Shown: piece after piece, positions 10,265-18,947 of the stretch
Numbering within the stretch: the first letter of the stretch is position 1
Layout: every line of letters starts with the position of its first letter
Source: a virus
Virus record (IMG/VR): IMGVR_UViG_3300025141_012314
Location: 16,342-80,341 of that record
Direction: 5' to 3' (one strand)
DNA length: 64,000 bases
Notes under the pieces: model-generated
The model's database searches: none
The model's input: the letters and a program-made list of their open reading frames with translations, nothing else
Told to the model about the DNA's origin: nothing
Made by a program: the position numbers and the translations under genes

Positions 10265-10796
10265 ATATTTTGATGAACTGCAACGAGCAATGACTTATCT
10301 CGGAGAGCAAGAAGATACGGTATTTCTAGGACAAGCAGTAGCTTATGCCGGCACTGCAATGACAAATACTCTTAAGGGTGTAGACAGAGATAAACTAATT
10401 GAAATGCCAGTCGATGAAGAAATGCAGATGGGAATCACCAATGGACTCGCAGTCAACGGTTCAGTCCCAGTTAGCATCTATCCGCGCTGGAACTTTCTTC
10501 TCTGCGCCATGAATCAACTGGTTAATCACTTGGATCGCATGCCAGCTTTTTCACACGGCGAATATACGCCCAAGGCGATTATAAGGGTGGGCATCGGATC
10601 AGAAAGGCCGCTAAACCCTCAAGTACAACATACAGGTGACTTTACACAGTCGATTCGAGGTATGTTAAGAAACATTGAAGTTATCCGCTGCGAAGAACCA
10701 GAAGATGTGTTCCCAGCGTATTATAAGGCATATCACAGAACTGATGGCAAATGCACGATTGTGGTAGAATATGGTGATTATTATGGCGAAAAGTGA
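10257..10796 (+). CDS. TPP-dependent enzyme, E1-beta/transketolase pyrimidine-binding subunit (no C-terminal domain)
   Basis: VFLGQ, IEMPVDEEMQMGITNGLA, AMNQLVN, QH motif; 179 aa. Confidence 0.8.
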   Translation: MGKYFDELQRAMTYLGEQEDTVFLGQAVAYAGTAMTNTLKGVDRDKLIEMPVDEEMQMGITNGLAVNGSVPVSIYPRWNFLLCAMNQLVNHLDRMPAFSHGEYTPKAIIRVGIGSERPLNPQVQHTGDFTQSIRGMLRNIEVIRCEEPEDVFPAYYKAYHRTDGKCTIVVEYGDYYGEK

Positions 10797-11754
10797 TAAA
10801 AACGTACTTTTTATTACCGAGAAGTGGTGTGATGCAGATCCCAAAAAAGGTCTAACCAACAATTACCATAATCTCTTTAAGACATTTAAAGCAGTATACC
10901 CAGATACAAAGTTTAATATTGTGCACTTAGATGAATATTCAATGCTGAAAAAGAAGCATATTGATACGTTCATACCAAAACTTATAGATAATTTGTCCCC
11001 GGATATTGTAGTTTTCTCTCTTTTGGGGAAATCTCACCTCAACCCAACAGATGACAGCTATAAATGTATTAAATCTTCAGGCGCTAAAACAGTCTTTATG
11101 TGGCCCGACGTATTCGATGAGTGGGGATTACCAGAGATTCAAGAGTTAAATGATAAAGAGTTCGCGGATTTACATGTTTGTTGGGGTTCTGAGAGGAACG
11201 CCAAAGTCCAACATGATAATTTAGTCTGGCTATGGGCTCCCCAAGACGAGACTCTGTATCACCCACTACATGAAAAGATAGAACAAAGAATCCCGGTTAG
11301 CTTCTTAGGCAGCGTCAGATACCCTGAAAGACAAAAATATCTACAACACTTGATAGATAACAAGTCGCCTATCTATATTGACGGTGGACAAAGAGAAAAG
11401 GGACTCTCTGCTGCACGATATGCAGAGTTAATGAGAAATAGTAAAATAAGCTTGAACTTCCCGCAAGGTCCACAAGGATACGACCAGTGTAAAGGTCGCG
11501 TTTGGGAGATTCTAGCTAGTAAATCGTTGCTTTTTGAGCGCAAAAACGAAGCAACCCAGAACTTTTTAAAGCCCGGTGTACACTATGTTGAGTTTAATGA
11601 TGAACAAGATTTAGTAGATAAAATACAATACTATCTTGACAACGAGAACGAAAGGGATTATATTATAAATAAAGGTTATAAGATTTTTAAGAAGAAGTTT
11701 AATGCGACAGTATTCTGGGAATCGATAATGAAGGAGATTGATTGTGAGCTATAA
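10783..11754 (+). CDS. GT-B glycosyltransferase, CgeB/Glyco_trans_1_2-like
   Basis: VSFLGS..YPER, SKISLNF, KGRVWEILAS, PGVHYVEF, KIQYYL; start 10783 or 10771. Confidence 0.75.
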   Translation: MAKSDKNVLFITEKWCDADPKKGLTNNYHNLFKTFKAVYPDTKFNIVHLDEYSMLKKKHIDTFIPKLIDNLSPDIVVFSLLGKSHLNPTDDSYKCIKSSGAKTVFMWPDVFDEWGLPEIQELNDKEFADLHVCWGSERNAKVQHDNLVWLWAPQDETLYHPLHEKIEQRIPVSFLGSVRYPERQKYLQHLIDNKSPIYIDGGQREKGLSAARYAELMRNSKISLNFPQGPQGYDQCKGRVWEILASKSLLFERKNEATQNFLKPGVHYVEFNDEQDLVDKIQYYLDNENERDYIINKGYKIFKKKFNATVFWESIMKEIDCEL

Positions 11755-12574
11755 ATACGATGTCTCAATAATGATGCCGGCGATTAGAACAAGTCAGTGG
11801 CTAATGATGTATGGAAGCATTCTGAACTCATGCAAGAAATATAGTTGGGAGTTGGTGCTTGTTAGCCCCTTTGATTTGCCCGACAACATGAAGCATCTTG
11901 AAAACATTAAAATGATTAAAGATTACAGCGCCCCAAGCCGTTGTGCACAAGTCGGTGCAATCGCTTGCGAAGGCGAATTCTTGTATCACTGTGTTGACGA
12001 TGCTATCTTTCTTCCCGATGCAATTGACAATGCTGTGGAATTCCACAGAAATAACTGCACAAATAAAGATGTCGTCAATATGCGATACCGAGAAGGTGCT
12101 TTGTTTGGTGGTCCAACTTGGCCTCAACAATTCTGGCTCGCATGGTATCATGACGAACTACGTTTGCCGGGTATTCCGCAACATTATAAGATTTCCTGCC
12201 ATCATTTTATGAAGCTTGATTACTTTAGAGAACTCGGTGGATGGGACTGTCGCTATGAATACGTAAATCACTCACTGCATGACCTGATGTTTAGGGTGCA
12301 GGCTGATGGTGGCAGACTCTATGACTCCCAGACGGATGCAACGACATGCAATCACTATGTTGATAAAACAGGGGACCATGCGCCCATCTACGACGCGCAA
12401 ACATTCTTTGATAAACCACAGTTTGATGAGATTTACTCTGTCCCAAACGCAGCTAATAAAAGAATCAAGATTCCGCTCGACAACTGGAAGCAACAACCCG
12501 ATGTATGGGAAAGAAGATTTAAGAAAAATGAAGAAGGCGAACTGCCTGAAAGTTATGAGGAGCTAGGATACTAA
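11744..12574 (+). CDS. GT2-like glycosyltransferase, paralog A
   Basis: SIMMPAIR, CVDD, LGGWDCRYE, HDLMFR; AAGGAG SD before GTG 11744. Confidence 0.7.
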   Translation: MSYKYDVSIMMPAIRTSQWLMMYGSILNSCKKYSWELVLVSPFDLPDNMKHLENIKMIKDYSAPSRCAQVGAIACEGEFLYHCVDDAIFLPDAIDNAVEFHRNNCTNKDVVNMRYREGALFGGPTWPQQFWLAWYHDELRLPGIPQHYKISCHHFMKLDYFRELGGWDCRYEYVNHSLHDLMFRVQADGGRLYDSQTDATTCNHYVDKTGDHAPIYDAQTFFDKPQFDEIYSVPNAANKRIKIPLDNWKQQPDVWERRFKKNEEGELPESYEELGY

Positions 12575-13359
12575 TGGATGTAGGAGTAATTGGCGTTGGT
12601 GTCGTTGGAGGCGCCTGTAAATTTGGATTTGAGTTAGCTGGACATAATGTGTTGGTGCACGACATCGCGCTTGAAACCACGATCGATGATGTATTACCAT
12701 CAGAGGTCGTCTATATCTGTGTGCCAACCCCACGTGATGACGACGGTTCATGTGATATATCAATCGTCCGGCAGGTAATATTTGATCTCAAGGATCGAGG
12801 ATATGAGGGAGTCATCGCGATCAAATCAACTGTTGTCCCGGGCACAACAGAGATACTGAGAATGCAAACAGGCATGAATATCATTTTTGTTCCAGAGTTC
12901 CTTCGCGAACGATGCGCGATTACAGACTTTACCGAAAATCACGATGTGTGTATTATTGGCTGTTCAGATGATGAAACTTTCGAAATAGTGAAAGACTGCC
13001 ACGGACCATTCCCAGAAAAGTTTGTTAGACTATCCCATGCCGAAGCGGAGTTCTGTAAATATTTTAACAATGTGTATAATGCAATGTTGATTATCTTTGC
13101 AAATAGTTTTTATGAAGCATGTAAGGATCAGGGAGTTAATTATACCAAGGTAAAGAATGCGGTAGTGAATCGCCGGCATATTCATGGCAACTACCTCGAA
13201 TGTAATGATAACTTCAGAGGTTTTGGAGGCATGTGTCTGCCAAAGGACGTATCTGCCATGGCAAAGTTAATGGAAAATACCAATGTAAACTTTTTCCAAA
13301 ATCTTTTAGACGAGAATAGCAATTATGAAGTTACGGTTTTCGAAGGCATGCGAAAGTGA
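12574..13359 (+). CDS. ugd: UDP-glucose/GDP-mannose 6-dehydrogenase (short form)
   Basis: GVGVVG, ICVPTP, IKSTVVPGTT, PEFLRE, AEFCKYFNN, GFGGMCLPKD; lacks the C-terminal domain. Confidence 0.85.
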   Translation: MDVGVIGVGVVGGACKFGFELAGHNVLVHDIALETTIDDVLPSEVVYICVPTPRDDDGSCDISIVRQVIFDLKDRGYEGVIAIKSTVVPGTTEILRMQTGMNIIFVPEFLRERCAITDFTENHDVCIIGCSDDETFEIVKDCHGPFPEKFVRLSHAEAEFCKYFNNVYNAMLIIFANSFYEACKDQGVNYTKVKNAVVNRRHIHGNYLECNDNFRGFGGMCLPKDVSAMAKLMENTNVNFFQNLLDENSNYEVTVFEGMRK

Positions 13360-14258
13360 TTTCAAATAAATATGGATTTATATTTGTTCACACTCCCAAA
13401 ACGGGAGGAACTAGTATTGTTGACACTTTAAATAAAGACACAGATCAAGAGTGTAAAATATTATATGATGCGGAAGGTGGCATATCCGCCATTTACCCCT
13501 CCCCAGAGGATTTCCCTTGGTGGGGCTCTTGGATCCAACACGCAGTGCAACGCCACACCGCGATGCTAAAAGGGCTCCAACAACAACGTATCGAAACGAA
13601 CACACCAGATCTGGCATTTGATATTCCCCAAACCGGCGCCGATGCTATTTTCTCCACCTGTTCGTTAAACTCCGTTGGTAACGGCAACCTTAAGCACGTG
13701 CCATTGCGAATTTGGAGCGCGCTCATAAGGGACTCCCGCATACAATTTTATAATTCTTTTGCAAAGAAATATTCTTCAATTGGGACATGCAGAAACCCCT
13801 ATAAAAGAGAGTTTTCATATTTTTTGTATCAAATAAAGTCCGGACTGCAAAAAGAGATAGAAAAAGCTCATTTTAAGGATCACAACGAAGTTAGCGAATA
13901 TATTAGAAATGCATGGCAAAGGTGGTTTCTCGGAGAAAGCCTTCCAACTATTTTAGGGGAGTCTTCATTTTTACATTGGGATTCTCAAATATCTTATTTA
14001 TATGATCCCTTTACTAACCAAAGGGTTACACATTTAATTAGGTCAGAACATTTAGAGCAAGATTACAACAAAATCTGTCGTGAACTTTCAATACCTCGAA
14101 AAAATGAAATTCCCTGGCTTAATACATCACCCTTTAAACAAGAATATACACCCAAAAACATATTAGAATGGTATACTGATGAAATGATGGACTTAATACA
14201 CTCTCATCGGAAGGGCGATTTTGATTTCTTGGGATATAAAAAAGGTAGCTTACGATGA
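13356..14258 (+). CDS. sulfotransferase family 2 protein
   Basis: FIFVHTPKTGGTSI, CRNPYKREFS, IRSEHLEQD, DFDFLGY. Confidence 0.8.
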   Translation: MISNKYGFIFVHTPKTGGTSIVDTLNKDTDQECKILYDAEGGISAIYPSPEDFPWWGSWIQHAVQRHTAMLKGLQQQRIETNTPDLAFDIPQTGADAIFSTCSLNSVGNGNLKHVPLRIWSALIRDSRIQFYNSFAKKYSSIGTCRNPYKREFSYFLYQIKSGLQKEIEKAHFKDHNEVSEYIRNAWQRWFLGESLPTILGESSFLHWDSQISYLYDPFTNQRVTHLIRSEHLEQDYNKICRELSIPRKNEIPWLNTSPFKQEYTPKNILEWYTDEMMDLIHSHRKGDFDFLGYKKGSLR

Positions 14259-15265
14259 AAAAGATCCTCATTACCGGCAGCCAAGGTTTTATCGGCTCAT
14301 ACCTCTGCGCAGAGTTCCTATCAAGAGGATACAGTGTCATCGGCATCGACAACTTCTCAAAGTATGGGCCAATAACTCGCCCCCACGATAATCATCCCAA
14401 TTTCAAGCTTATTGAAATGGATGTAATAGATCTCCCAAATGATAAGATCCTTCCCGAACTAGAGGAAGTAGAATATATTATTTCTGGCGCTGCAATGATC
14501 GGGGGCATTACTTATTTCCACAAATATGCGTATGATCTGTTGGCGACAAATGAAAGAATTATGGCATCGACATTCGATTTAGCTATTAAGCTTCACGAGA
14601 AAGGTATTCTTAAAAGAATTGTTGCTATCTCAAGCAGCATGGTTTTTGAAAATACAACCATATATCCGACACCTGAGACAAATGTTAAGACATGCGCCCC
14701 GCCACTAAGCACCTACGGCTTTCAAAAGCTGGCAGTCGAATACTTCTGCAAAGGTGCTAGTGAGCAATATGGCGTACCGTATACGATTATCCGACCGTTT
14801 AACTGCGTAGGAGTCGGAGAAGAGGATGCGATTGGAGAGCATGAAGTAAAATCAGGAAACATTAAGCTCATGATGAGTCATGTACTTCCGGATATTATTA
14901 ATAAGATTTTGAAAGGGCAAGACCCCTTGCATATCCTCGGCACTGGCGAACAAGTCAGATGCTATACCAATGGCAAAGATATCGCCCGCGGCATCCGAAT
15001 GGCTCTCGAAAGCGACTGCGCCCTGAACGAGGACTTTAATATATCAACCCCAGTAGCTACGTCAGTAAAAGAGTTATCAAAGGTAGTATGGAATATTCTC
15101 AATCCCGGAAAAGAGTTTAGCACAGTATCTGACGAAGCCTACGAATACGATGTTCAAAAACGCATACCTAATACATCTAAAGCACTAGCTTTGTTAGGGT
15201 TTCAAGCAGAGATCGGTCTCGAAGAATCGGTTAGAGAAGTTATAGAATATATGAGGAACAAATGA
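14255..15265 (+). CDS. NAD-dependent sugar epimerase/dehydratase/decarboxylase (extended SDR)
   Basis: TGSQGFIG, YGFQK, IIRPFNCVG, GTGEQVRCY. Confidence 0.85.
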   Translation: MKKILITGSQGFIGSYLCAEFLSRGYSVIGIDNFSKYGPITRPHDNHPNFKLIEMDVIDLPNDKILPELEEVEYIISGAAMIGGITYFHKYAYDLLATNERIMASTFDLAIKLHEKGILKRIVAISSSMVFENTTIYPTPETNVKTCAPPLSTYGFQKLAVEYFCKGASEQYGVPYTIIRPFNCVGVGEEDAIGEHEVKSGNIKLMMSHVLPDIINKILKGQDPLHILGTGEQVRCYTNGKDIARGIRMALESDCALNEDFNISTPVATSVKELSKVVWNILNPGKEFSTVSDEAYEYDVQKRIPNTSKALALLGFQAEIGLEESVREVIEYMRNK

Positions 15266-16047
15266 GACCAGAGTTATCAATAATACTCCCCAGCATCCGC
15301 CCGGATCGCTTAGAGAAACTGTACGATTCAATACTCACATCGACAGAACGCACATTCGAGCTAATCATAGTTGGTCCATATCCACTACCAGAGAAACTCT
15401 CCGAACTTAAGAATGTAAAATACGTTAAGGATTTTGGATCTCCCGTCCGAGCCTCGAACATTGCAGCTTCTTTGTGCGAGGGAGAAGTCTATACATGGTT
15501 TGCTGACGACTGCATTCTATTTGAAAACAGCTTAGACAAGTGCCTAGACGAATATCGCGCCATGGGAACTGACAACAAAAATGTCCTTGTGGCGAAGTAT
15601 TATGAAGGACAAGAAGGTTCTACAGAGCGAGAGACGCTCCAGCCCGATAGCTACTTTAGAGTTAACGGCACACCTGCAGGTTCGCCACATCTTCCAGACG
15701 ATTGGTGGCTTTTTAATATCGCCTTTCTTTCAGCCGAGTTCTTCCATACTCTAGGAGGCTGGGACTGCTCTTACGAGGGAACATGGGCATCACATGCAGA
15801 TATGGCTATCCGAGCCCAATACCTTGGTGCCAATGTAAAAATGGCACAGATTCCCCTCTTTACTTGCGATCATATGCCCGGAGGAACCGGGGATCACAAG
15901 CCGATATTCGAGTGCCAGCATCAACATGATGAACCACTACTACAACGTAAGTTCAGAGATCCAAATTGGACTACAAACGTAAACCCAAGACTAAAAATAG
16001 ATAATTGGAAAACAGCCCCAGCAGTCTGGGGAAGGAGATTTAAATGA
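15262..16047 (+). CDS. GT2-like glycosyltransferase, paralog B
   Basis: SIILPSIR, FADD, LGGWDCSYE, DMAIRAQ, DNWK...VWGRRF. Confidence 0.7.
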   Translation: MRPELSIILPSIRPDRLEKLYDSILTSTERTFELIIVGPYPLPEKLSELKNVKYVKDFGSPVRASNIAASLCEGEVYTWFADDCILFENSLDKCLDEYRAMGTDNKNVLVAKYYEGQEGSTERETLQPDSYFRVNGTPAGSPHLPDDWWLFNIAFLSAEFFHTLGGWDCSYEGTWASHADMAIRAQYLGANVKMAQIPLFTCDHMPGGTGDHKPIFECQHQHDEPLLQRKFRDPNWTTNVNPRLKIDNWKTAPAVWGRRFK

Positions 16048-16646
16048 GCGATAAGAAAATAGGAACGAACACTAATATGGCTGATCCCATAAAACAGACA
16101 CAAGGGGTCAAACTTAATTTAGGTTGTTCTAGCCGTAAATTTCACGGCTGGATTAATATTGACGCAAGACAAGAAGTTTTTCCAGATGTTATAGATAATG
16201 TTTTTACTCTGGAAAGTATCGAAGATTCGTCTGTAGACTTAATTTATGCTTCTCATTTACTTGAGCATATCAAAAGGAAGGAAGTCAAAAGTGTTTTATC
16301 ACGATGGAAAGCGCTTCTTCGGACAAATGGTGTTTTAAGATTATCTGTACCTGACTTTGAAAAAGTAATAAAATATTATTTACTCACTGCAGACTTAGAA
16401 AAATTACACGGACTTTTGCATGGAGGACAAAGAAATGAATATGATATTCATTACATTACTTTTGATTTTAAGTTATTAAAAAGACTTCTGGTAGAAGTAG
16501 GATTTGCAGAAGAAGACATTCGAATCTATTCTTATAAGGAAACAGAACATTTCTTTATTGATGATGGTAGTCAAGCTCACTTGCCACATATGGATAAGGT
16601 CAATGGGATGCTAATGAGTTTAAATGTGGAGGCGATCAAAAGATGA
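16044..16646 (+). CDS. class I SAM-dependent methyltransferase (Methyltransf_11-like)
   Basis: KLNLGC, GWINID, SVDLIYASHLLEH, LRTNGVLRLSVPD. Confidence 0.8.
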   Translation: MSDKKIGTNTNMADPIKQTQGVKLNLGCSSRKFHGWINIDARQEVFPDVIDNVFTLESIEDSSVDLIYASHLLEHIKRKEVKSVLSRWKALLRTNGVLRLSVPDFEKVIKYYLLTADLEKLHGLLHGGQRNEYDIHYITFDFKLLKRLLVEVGFAEEDIRIYSYKETEHFFIDDGSQAHLPHMDKVNGMLMSLNVEAIKR

Positions 16647-17485
16647 TCAATCAAAGTACATGTGACTTATCAATTATTGTCCCGGGAATTCAACCGGAAA
16701 ATTGGGAATCTCTTTATGAGAGAACCAAATTAGCAGTTAAAAACCATACATTTGAAATTATTTTCTGTGGGCCCCGCGGCTTGCCTTCTTATTTTGATGA
16801 TATTATAAATGTAAAATTTATAAGAGATTATGGAACCCCATCTAGGTGTTTTCAATTAGCGGGGTATATTGCTGAGGGGACCTATTTAACATGGCTAACT
16901 GATGATGGGGAAATTGAAGAAGACTCAATTGATTTAGCGCTCGATCTCATAAAAGAAAAAGAATCTATTGATATTGTTACTATGAGATATACAGAAAGCG
17001 ACACTGAAGAAGGCCGCCAAACAGAATTTCCTCTAGAATATTATAATGTTTCATATCATCCCGATACAAACCACCCGGGTGTCGAGTCACACTGGAAGAT
17101 TCCGTGTGTTATGTTGCTTAATACAAACTATTATAGGCAACTTGGTGGTTTAGATTGTAGATACGAACACATGAATATGAATGTTCATGATCTTGGTTTC
17201 CGTGCACAACGCAACGGTTCTGTGGTCTATTATTCACCAACAGTTATAATGAGATGTGTGTGGGATCCTCATAGAAACGCACAAAATAGCCCTATTATTG
17301 CTGCTTTCGTCTACAACGATAAACCGCTTTTTCAATATGATTATGCGGCACCACAGGTCGCGAAGTTAAAACCAATATGTATCGATTATGACAATTGGAG
17401 AAACAACCATTCAGTTTGGCCAAGACGTTTTGGAACTATAGATAAAGGACAATATTTACTTAATAAAGATAAGGTGAAAAAATGA
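16643..17485 (+). CDS. GT2-like glycosyltransferase, paralog C
   Basis: SIIVPGI, LTDD, LGGLDCRYE, HDLGFRAQ, DNWR...VWPRRF. Confidence 0.7.
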   Translation: MINQSTCDLSIIVPGIQPENWESLYERTKLAVKNHTFEIIFCGPRGLPSYFDDIINVKFIRDYGTPSRCFQLAGYIAEGTYLTWLTDDGEIEEDSIDLALDLIKEKESIDIVTMRYTESDTEEGRQTEFPLEYYNVSYHPDTNHPGVESHWKIPCVMLLNTNYYRQLGGLDCRYEHMNMNVHDLGFRAQRNGSVVYYSPTVIMRCVWDPHRNAQNSPIIAAFVYNDKPLFQYDYAAPQVAKLKPICIDYDNWRNNHSVWPRRFGTIDKGQYLLNKDKVKK

Positions 17486-18417
17486 AAATTTTAGTTACGG
17501 GAGCAAATGGTTTAATTGGCTATGCTATTCGCGAAATAGCTGTCAAATACTCCCAACACGAATTTTTCTTTAGTACTAGAGAAGATACTAATTTGATAAA
17601 GCCCGATGAGGTCGCGCGATTATTCGACCGTGTTAACCCAGATTGGGTTATACACGCTGCCGGACAGGTAGGGGGTATCGGCGGTAATCTATCCCATCAA
17701 GAGGATTATTTCTATAATAATATTTTAATGAACTCTAATGTTATTCACTATGCGTGCCTCTCAGATGTAAAGAAATTGATAGCGTTTTCTTCTACTTGTG
17801 TTTTTTCACGAGAACAAGAGACATTTGTAGAAGACGATATACAAAAAGGAGAGCCTTTTCATATTCACTTTGCTTATGCTTACGCTAAAAGAATGGTGGA
17901 CATTCATATTAAGGCAGCTAAAAGACAACACGACGTCGATTTTTGCTCAGTAATACCGGGAAATATATTTGGTAAACATGATAATTTTAATTTAGAGGAA
18001 GGTCACGTGACTCCTTCATTAATTTATAAGTGCCAATTGGCAAAAAAAGACGATGACCCGTTTAAAATATGGGGAAATGGTAATGCAAAAAGAGAGTTGA
18101 TATATTCTTTAGATATAGCTGAGATTTTAATACGCATATTAGAGATGGAACAGTTGCTGCCAAATAGATTATTAGTGGGGAGTGACGATGAACTTTCTAT
18201 TAAAGAATTAGCAGAAAAAATAGCGGACCTTTCTGGGTTTGATGGCGAGATAATGTTCGATAAAAACAAGCCCGATGGACAATTGAGAAAGAAATCTAAC
18301 ATATCTAGACTTAGAACACTCCTTCCAGATTTCAAATTTACAAACTTAGATGTTTCTTTAAAAGAAACAATTGAATGGTTTACTCAAAATTATCCCAATA
18401 TTCGTGGTATAAAATAA
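17482..18417 (+). CDS. fcl: GDP-L-fucose synthase / ColC-like epimerase-reductase
   Basis: TGANGLIG, AAGQVGGIGGN, SSTCVF, YAYAKR, PGNIFGKHDNF, GHV, WGNGNAKRE, KPDGQ. Confidence 0.85.
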   Translation: MKILVTGANGLIGYAIREIAVKYSQHEFFFSTREDTNLIKPDEVARLFDRVNPDWVIHAAGQVGGIGGNLSHQEDYFYNNILMNSNVIHYACLSDVKKLIAFSSTCVFSREQETFVEDDIQKGEPFHIHFAYAYAKRMVDIHIKAAKRQHDVDFCSVIPGNIFGKHDNFNLEEGHVTPSLIYKCQLAKKDDDPFKIWGNGNAKRELIYSLDIAEILIRILEMEQLLPNRLLVGSDDELSIKELAEKIADLSGFDGEIMFDKNKPDGQLRKKSNISRLRTLLPDFKFTNLDVSLKETIEWFTQNYPNIRGIK

Positions 18418-18947
18418 TGTATTATGTTGATAATATAAAATATAGCTCAGAGATTGAAGGAGCGGTGATAATTTCTCTGGACACATTTGATGATGTAAGG
18501 GGAAAGATTTGGACGCTATATGGCGAAAACAGCTTTCTTCCGGAATTTGTAGAAGATAAAATAACTATTTCTTATAAAAATGTTTTAAGGGGGCTCCACG
18601 GAGACGCGCGCACCGGGAAGCTTATTACATGTATTGGGGGAAGCTTTCAATTAGCGATCGCAGACATGAGGCCCGAATCGCCTACCTACACAAATACTTA
18701 TATGATTACATTAAGCGATGAAAATCCCACATCCGTTTATATACCCCCGGGCTGCATAAACGGACATCTATGTTTAAGCGATAGATGTACGTTTCATTAT
18801 AAATGGACACGACCTTATGAAGGTCCCCAAGACCAAGTAACCATATTGTGGAACGATCCGGATTTAGCTTTCGAGTGGTCAATCCATAATCCCATTTTAT
18901 CTGAAAGAGATCAAAATGGAACATCATTTAAAAGGAGTTGTATATGA
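18417..18947 (+). CDS. rmlC: dTDP-4-dehydrorhamnose 3,5-epimerase-like cupin
   Basis: FDDVRG, NVLRGLH, DMRPESPTY, YIPPGCINGH, WNDPDL, ILSERD; ATG 18417 overlaps the upstream TAA. Confidence 0.85.
   Translation: MYYVDNIKYSSEIEGAVIISLDTFDDVRGKIWTLYGENSFLPEFVEDKITISYKNVLRGLHGDARTGKLITCIGGSFQLAIADMRPESPTYTNTYMITLSDENPTSVYIPPGCINGHLCLSDRCTFHYKWTRPYEGPQDQVTILWNDPDLAFEWSIHNPILSERDQNGTSFKRSCI

Noticed and set aside
9048-10796. Pyruvate dehydrogenase auxiliary metabolic genes
   Set aside because: Subunits are truncated, the TPP motif is atypical, no E2/E3 is present and the context is sugar biosynthesis.
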